Source of the DNA: the human T2T-CHM13v2.0 reference genome, Homo sapiens | DNA: 64,000 bases | Reading direction: 5' to 3' (one strand) | Assembly (NCBI RefSeq): GCF_009914755.1 | Contig: NC_060945.1 | Shown here: piece after piece, positions 56,601 to 64,000 of the stretch | How positions within the stretch are numbered: position 1 is the first letter of the stretch | How the letters are laid out: every line of letters begins with the position of its first letter | Translations under genes and position numbers: made by a program | Notes under the pieces: model-generated | The model's input: the letters and a program-made list of their open reading frames with translations, nothing else | Told to the model about the DNA's origin: nothing | The model's database searches: none

Positions 56601-57570
56601 TAGAATATTTGGGGAAGACTTTTCTCCATTGACTGTGATTCTCCACTGATTGTGGAGAAATGCTCCTTTTTCCCATGTAACTCTGCATTTGGAAAAGCTA
56701 TATTTTAAAATAACTGTATTATTTTTACAATTATTATTATTTTTTCCACTGTCAAACAGTTTACTAAGAAGTCAATTGATGGTGTGAGGGAAAAGTTTAA
56801 ACAAACATCCTAGGGAATTAAACAAACATCCTTATAGAAAGTCTTGGAAGTAGATGATATGGGGGTAAAATTGAGCACCCGCTACCCATAACTTGGGCTG
56901 TATCATGTAGCTTGAAGTACAGGAAAAGCTACTGCCAAGCTATACCTGAACCTAATCTGGTAGTTCTGTAGTTCTGAAGAATATTTGCTAATTCAACAGG
57001 AGAAATTTATGGAATATTAATATAACCTCATTCAAACCCTCTAAGTATACCTATATGTTTTATTTCTGTATTTAGATATAAAATAAATAAAATATTAAAA
57101 CAGTCTACCCCAAACAAAAAACCCTCTATCTGAATTTTGGTAGTTAACATCTTATTCCCAAGGATATCATTCACATTTTTAAAAATCTGGGTTATATCAT
57201 ACAGTCTCTGTTTTGATGATGTATATTTAAATATAACTATCGATAGTTTACTTATAGATAGAATACATACTTCCTTAAATATTATCTTAAAGAATAGATT
57301 ACAATTACATAATTTTAATTCATTTGGAACAGACATTAAAACCTCTCAGCAAAAAGCAAAAATGATTGTGCCCATTGTCTTCATGATAGTCTTTTAAGGT
57401 CTACTTATACAATCAAATAATCCCCAGAAAACAAATACATTGAACACTCAGGACATGCACACTCTTTCAGGACAACCACGGCAGATTTTCTGAAACTGCT
57501 TAGCATAATTATGCTACCAAAAAGTAAGCAATTCACTTTAACTTTTTGAGGGGAGGCAAAGGGATAACAT

Positions 57571-57635
57571 TGTTATGAACTGAATGTTTGCGCCCCTCCC
57601 CAAATTCCTACACTGAAATCCTAACCCTTCATGGT
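57571..57635 (+). mobile_element. MLT1A/B 5' stub
   Basis: 'tgttatgaactgaatgtttgcgcccctccccaaattc...tgaaatcctaaccc'. Confidence 0.7.
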
Positions 57636-57764
57636 TTGAAAAAGAATGCATTTTAAAATTCAAATCAGTGTTGAATACATTTAAAGGTATACAGTTTGCT
57701 CTTATGCAGGCTTTACCCCATAAGTTTTGATTATATACATTTTTATTTGATAAAAGAAAGTCCA

Positions 57765-58070
57765 CTAAATCAACCAATATTTATTAAATCACATTGTATC
57801 TATATAAAATGCCTGGTGTTTTGTACTAGAGCTAAAAGTGTCAGCAAACTAGATATGTTCTTTATACTGATGGAATTTATGCACAAGTCGGGGAACCAGA
57901 CAATAAACATAAATAATTATAATTGTAAATTTTGAAAAGAGCGTTAATATAAACAAAAAAGAATACTGCGTGTTAGGGAATGTTAAGTATGTAGTAGTTT
58001 ATTTTAGCCAGGATCATTAGGAAAGATTCTTTGAGGAAATGTCATTAAGTGAATATCTAAAAAGAAAGTA
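57765..58070 (-). mobile_element. L2 3' end
   Basis: 'caaccaatatttattaa...tgcctgg...atggaatttat...agacaataaaca'. Confidence 0.65.
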
Positions 58071-58397
58071 GTCAAATAATAAGCTCACTGTACTAGTTGT
58101 GCTTTCCTGTACTTGTTTAACCATTTACCTGAATGAAAGATTAGAAATGGCGTGACTTGGGACTACCAAGGAAATGGCTATCAGAGAATGGAAGGTATGA
58201 GGACTTGTAAAATGCTCGAAAATAAAACAAATTATAAGTTTCCTGGAAACCTGTTCCAAGGCAATTGAGATGTAACACGGATCTGGAAGGAATCCATATC
58301 TAGAATAATTTGAATACACTGGTAAATACATTACGATATCAAAAAGATGCCCCAAATCACTTTCTGAATGCTTTTAAAAGCATGGATTTCTCAAAAG

Positions 58398-58497
58398 AGT
58401 AGTTATCAAACTTGAACAAGTATAGAATTACAGACAGAGCTTATTAAAATGTATATTTCTGGGTCCTACTGCCAGTGTTACTGATTCAGTAGGTCCA
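58398..58497. mobile_element. MER5A fragment
   Basis: 'agtagttatcaaactt...gcttattaaaat...ttctgggtcc...ctgattcagtaggtc'. Confidence 0.65.
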
Positions 58498-58867
58498 AAC
58501 ATTCCACAAATGCAGATTTTATCAGAGCCTTTAAGGGCAAACAGTTGAGAAAAAGGGCATTTGTGTCAACTTTGTTGATTCAGCAAGTGATTAAGTACAG
58601 TTCTGCTGTCCCACAGTGTTGCCATTGGTTGGAGTTCCTACATCTTTAGAATGTGTTGTCCTCCTCCAGGCAGTGGTGCCCCCAAATCCATTTACAGACA
58701 AAAAACCAGCCCTTATTGCAAGCACACGTACTTTCTCTTCCTTTCTCTCAATTAAATTGGAATTAAGCAACATTTAATAAGCTGGTAATTTTCAGTGAAG
58801 GAATACACAGCCTATGGTTTGGTACATGAACGGGGAACAGAGTAGGATTAATTTAAAGAGAACAGTG

Positions 58868-59678
58868 AGTTTGGCACTCTGATGGTGGGCTTTGGCATCC
58901 TCATCTTTCTCGTTGTCACTTATACTCCATCAATGACAAAACTAATGTGGTTTTTGTTGCTCCCTTGAGCCAGGAGCTGTGTCTTACTAAAGAGGACCCT
59001 AGCTTTCTCTGCTGGCTCAGCAGTTCACTTCCTAGATTATTTTTCCCACAGGGACATAACCACTAGTTTGTCACCAGAACGTCTCTGGACCTGTCTCAGA
59101 CTGGGATTAACATAAAGGAGTGGAACTGTACAAAAGAGAGAAAGAGATAAAGGAGGCTCCTCCTCTCCTCAGCTCCCGGGCCTGTCTCCCCTTCTGCCTT
59201 TCCACCTTTTTCCTTACCCTTTCCAGATTCCCAGATTCTGGGATTATGAATAGAAGCTTCTAGCTCCTGTTTAACTCCTTAGTTACCCACCCTCATTTGC
59301 CCTTCTCCAGGATCTCTCTTCTACTTTTTCCATTGTGCCTTGTACCTCCCTCTGCTCCTCACCAACACCACCTCTCTCTAGCTCCTGAGCTCAACCATCT
59401 TCTGAACTAGGAAGAAGGACATGAGGGGTTGTATATCAGGATGAAACCACATTGAACCCTGGGGAGGAAGACAGGGGCATCTCTGGGCTGAGACTGCCAT
59501 CTCCTTACCACTGTCCTTTCTCCACATGAAACATTAGGGTGGGCATTCTGTTGGTGGATAGCTCAACCTTCAGTGCTCAGTTGTACTTTTTTATTAAGCT
59601 ATAATATCTATTTTTTTCTTTTTTTTGTAAATATATAAATATTGAGTTTCATTAAAATAGATAACCCCCTCAAAAAAA
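58868..59678 (+). pseudogene. Candidate retroposed 3'UTR fragment, or a 3' terminal exon; source gene not identified
   Basis: Non-repeat block with more balanced GC than its flanks, ending in a U-rich stretch, ATTAAA (59651-59656) and A7 (59672-59678). Confidence 0.5.
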
Positions 59679-59695
59679 CACACTGCAAAGAACCA

Positions 59696-59697
<2 letters not shown>

Positions 59698-59728
<31 letters not shown>
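59698..59728. repeat. (GT)n microsatellite
   Basis: Seen directly. Confidence 0.95.
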
Positions 59729-59730
<2 letters not shown>

Positions 59731-61686
59731 TGAACTTCATTGTCATTAGTAGGAAAACTTATTTTTCCATTCACACAATGTACCCAGACCAAAACTTCGA
59801 TTTAAAAGTTTGTACACATAAAAAATAAGGGAAGTTTGCTTACCTATGCATTTAAATTGGCAAGCTGAATTGAGCAATGAACTGTGATTTAAAAAGAGCA
59901 GAGAGTGCGCTGATGTTTATTTTCATTGGAAGAAGACTATCAGATTCCACATTTTAATACATGTTCTCTAATCAGTTACTGTTTTCACATATATTTTCCT
60001 TAATCAGCTATATAGTATCACCTGGTTCCCATTCTGCTAACTATGCCTTTAAATATGTCACAGCTGTGTTAGAATTGCCAATGAAAAATTACACTTACTG
60101 TTTAACTTGCTTTCCAGTCTGATATATGCCATGGCTGAAGTAGATTACAAGTATTTTGGAAGACAGCCTTCATGCTCGACTTCTTGACCAGATATGTGCC
60201 CTATTTTATTTTCCGATGTTTATCACAAGCTTTCTATTTTATGTACTCTAATGACATATTTAGTAGCTGACTGATTGCCAGATGAGAGCAACACTAGCAT
60301 CACTGAAAAAAAAATATAGCCAAATGACTTTAACTGGGTTCATATGAATTTCAACAGGATAAATGGACATTCATTTAACAGCTCTTCCAGTTTATACTGT
60401 TGAAATGCTTTAAAGGCACTCTCTCCCACAGGAGGACACTCCTAAATTCCTGCTACAAGCCTATGTCTGGCAAGATACACTGGTAGTAATCTTTATAACA
60501 GACTTTAAAAAATACATTCAAATTAAATGCTCATAAATATTACATGGGAAATCATTCTGCTTTAATCCTTCCAATGAGTGACACTCAGGTTTTGCTAAAA
60601 ATAAGAAGGAATTTGCATTTTTGACCACCCTGATTAGGACAGAATAGACATATAAAATCTCTCTGTTGGATGAATATACAATGTTTTTTTGGCTCTTTCC
60701 AACCAGGGAGGGAACAAGAGAGAACAGGTTGAATTTTATAGGGAAAAGTATGTGCAATCATCTAAACCACTATTGCATATGTTCCATGATATTACACATG
60801 CTTAAATGGTCCCTATTTAAAAAGCAGAGAAGAATAAGAAGTAAGTAAATAAATAATTTTAAAATGGCTTTTGAAGAGTGCTTCAGTTATATTTCATTCA
60901 CTGTTTGTATAAAAGACATGTTTTCCCTTTCTTTTCTAATGTTATTTTTTGGCAAAAATACCCTGTGTTGAATTACTTCCTTTATCTACAGAAAAGAAAC
61001 AACATGTGTCTGGGTGAGAGACGGAATCTTTATTTCTTGATGCTATATATTGTTTTTACATTGCCATATGTTTTATTTATCTTTCTGTAAATAGGCTATA
61101 TTTGGTGATAAAAGAAAAGCTGTATTTTACTCCTTCTCTAAAAGCAAGCTACTCTCTTTTTTTCCTAATAACTAAGCAAGACAAATCTCAAGCTTCCATT
61201 ACTAAGACTCTGATTATTTCATCAATATAAATTGCAGGATGAACTATGTAAATATGCATTTTGATGCTGAATTTACTATACATCTACTTAAATCTTTTTG
61301 ATTCCTTTTTTTATGTGTCAATATAAAGTTTATTTACCAACTCAAGTTTTGAAATCACTAAGCTATTTATCATGTTTGAACACTGTGTGTATGTGTGTTT
61401 GTGCACACACACACACCTATGAACAATCAATAGCACTGCATTTCTCGCTATTTATATGTTTATAATTTTATAAATTTGATTGGGCAGTTTGCTTTTTTCA
61501 ATCAACATTGATCTATCCTTCTACTTATTAGTAATGTAACATACATACATGCATATGGTTCACGCATTTTAACTATAGTAGCTTATTATCTTATACATTG
61601 GGTCTTATTTTCAAGCTGTGTGCTGGTAAATATTTATGGAAATTTTCCTATGGTGCACATCAAGAATCAGAATTCTGAGCATTTGC

Positions 61687-61843
61687 AGGTGGGTGCAGGT
61701 AGCCTCAGCTACTCTGGAGGCTGAGGCAGGAGGATCACTTGAGCCCCGAAGTTCAAGGCTGTAGTGTGCCATGATCACACCCGTGAATGGCCTTTCCATT
61801 CCAGCCTGGTCAACACGGCAAGACCGCTTCTCAATTCAAAAAA
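61687..61843 (+). mobile_element. FAM (fossil Alu monomer)
   Basis: Monomer keeping the 7SL-like 'atgatcacacccgtgaatggcc' segment that is absent from dimeric Alu arms. Confidence 0.75.
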
Positions 61844-62434
61844 GAGAGTCATTTGAACTAAACATTGCTGACTGGCTGTCCCATGTGTTTGGACAGATTT
61901 GCATTCCCACTACCTGTTTCCAAGTTCTTTTTTCTCCCACCTCCTCTCCACTTGTGATATTAACAGATGGCAGCAATTTTACATAATAAAGAAGTAAAGC
62001 AGATCAATATACTATAATGACTTGGGAATATGCCCAGAACATACTTTATTTTGGAGAAAAAAAAAAGAGCAAACGTCAAATTGGAAGGTTTAGTATGACC
62101 TAATTTTGGTTGAAATATACAATAAGCATGTGTAATAACAAATTACAGGATTTCAGCTGATGCATATCAAATAGCTTGAATCATTTATAATCATTATCTC
62201 AGCAGCATGAACTTGAAGTATAAGAATAAAAAACTAATCTTTTACTTGTGATACTTTGTATTACTCAAAGTCATTATAACCAGCAAGAAATACTTAGTAA
62301 TTATAAAGTAATTAATTGTTGTCAGTTAAAAAAATAAAGAGAACAGAAAGAGCATTCTAATATCCTTGCACATAAAATATTTCAAGGGGTAGCTCTGTTA
62401 TTTCAAAAATAATCATGCTTCTAAGACAGTAGTG

Positions 62435-62560
62435 AGAGTCATGATGTGCAACCATACAAGTTGTGTGCTACACAATTCTAGGGACATCACTATACAGGTT
62501 ACTCTTTAAATGGCACCTCCTAGAGTTGTACAGTGTATAACCAGACGAGTGGTAGGTAAT
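62435..62560. mobile_element. MER91B-like palindromic hAT MITE
   Basis: Inverted repeat acaattctagg (62472-62482) / cctagagttgt (62519-62529), with 'aatggcacctcctagagttgtacagtg'. Confidence 0.65.
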
Positions 62561-63353
62561 AGTGCTGTTAAGAGATACTTCAATGAACAGCGAAGATTCT
62601 AGAATGTCTAAGAAATTATTTCTCTTGCTACAGATCAAAATGGTAAAATAACAGTCTTGGAACCTGAAATTCTTAGATGCCAGCTCTTTCCTCAGATTGG
62701 ATGAAAAGCAGGGACAGTAGTCTTGAAAAAATTAGGTCACCACATGGCATTCAGATGCTCAGTTGGGTACCCTCAGGTTTGTATCCTGGCTGTCTATTCA
62801 CTGGTGACTCAACTCTAAGGCCCTGGATCTCTGGGCAGCTACTGTCTGCTAATATGTTACAGTTAAGGTTTTACATCAGGTTCTATAGAGAATTAAATGC
62901 AAACTACATGTAGCTGTCACAAAGTTTTTGCTGTGTAGATAGGCTATTGGCCAGGCTGTTGTGCCCAGAGAGGCATCTGCACTTAGATTTCCTATAGAGT
63001 TGACAGGTATTTTCAGATATGCCTCATTTAAAAAAACAACTAAATTTTGACTGAAAAATTGTGTCTTCTGTTTGGGATTTAATAACTACTCTGTTAATGG
63101 AAGCCACCTAATGAAATAGTAGCATTAGTTTCAAAGCAAAGATTAAGACACATGAATGTAAAGTATTAACAGGCATAGAATATATTTTTTAACATAAAAA
63201 ATACTGTTTCTGTCTGAAATAACCAACATTCTTTCTTTGTCTTTAAAGGTGGTCATGCAGAATTTTTGACACAGGTTGTCTTATTAGTATTGGCTTCTAA
63301 GAATTCTTCATTCACTATAAAAGCTTAAGAAGAACATATTAAAATTGATAATT

Positions 63354-63861
<508 letters not shown>

Positions 63862-64000
63862 TTATGGAATTTGCTTTGATAAATATATATGCATGTCATA
63901 TTAATCTTGAACATCATAGCTCTTGGTACTTTTTGGACCCTGAGTGATTTTGCCAATACAATCCTAAAACATATAATGATATGCCATGTATTTTGATTTT

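Noticed and set aside
57571-57635. Idea that this MLT1A 5' stub is the missing half of the LTR at 35453
   Set aside because: It lies 22 kb downstream in the wrong order and does not cover the missing span; independent copies are more likely.

Overview
AT-rich, CpG-poor, non-coding primate DNA. It is probably human or another catarrhine, because several near-consensus AluY copies are present. I find no recognisable protein-coding gene, tRNA, rRNA, snRNA or CRISPR array. The only real protein similarity in the ORF track is the broken ORF1/ORF2 of a minus-strand L1PA at 1-3930; the other ORFs are Alu, simple-repeat or chance frames. The window is a dense transposon fossil record: L1, L2, MIR, nine Alu-family elements, about 14 LTR elements (MER50, four MLT2, MER61-like, MLT1, THE1, an MST provirus remnant) and DNA transposons (Tigger2a, MER3, MADE2, Charlie1, MER5, MER91). 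I see no convincing new biological system. Best leads: (1) an ~800 bp island at 58.87-59.68 kb that looks like a retroposed or genuine mRNA 3' end; (2) a TSD-less AluY fused to a half MLT1A, suggesting an Alu-associated deletion; (3) an isolated 47-bp internal L1PA fragment; (4) a nested L2>MLT2>microsatellite>MER61 insertion; (5) a few candidate promoter or lncRNA exon elements. Family names come from recalled consensus sequences, not from a search, and boundaries of old repeats are approximate.
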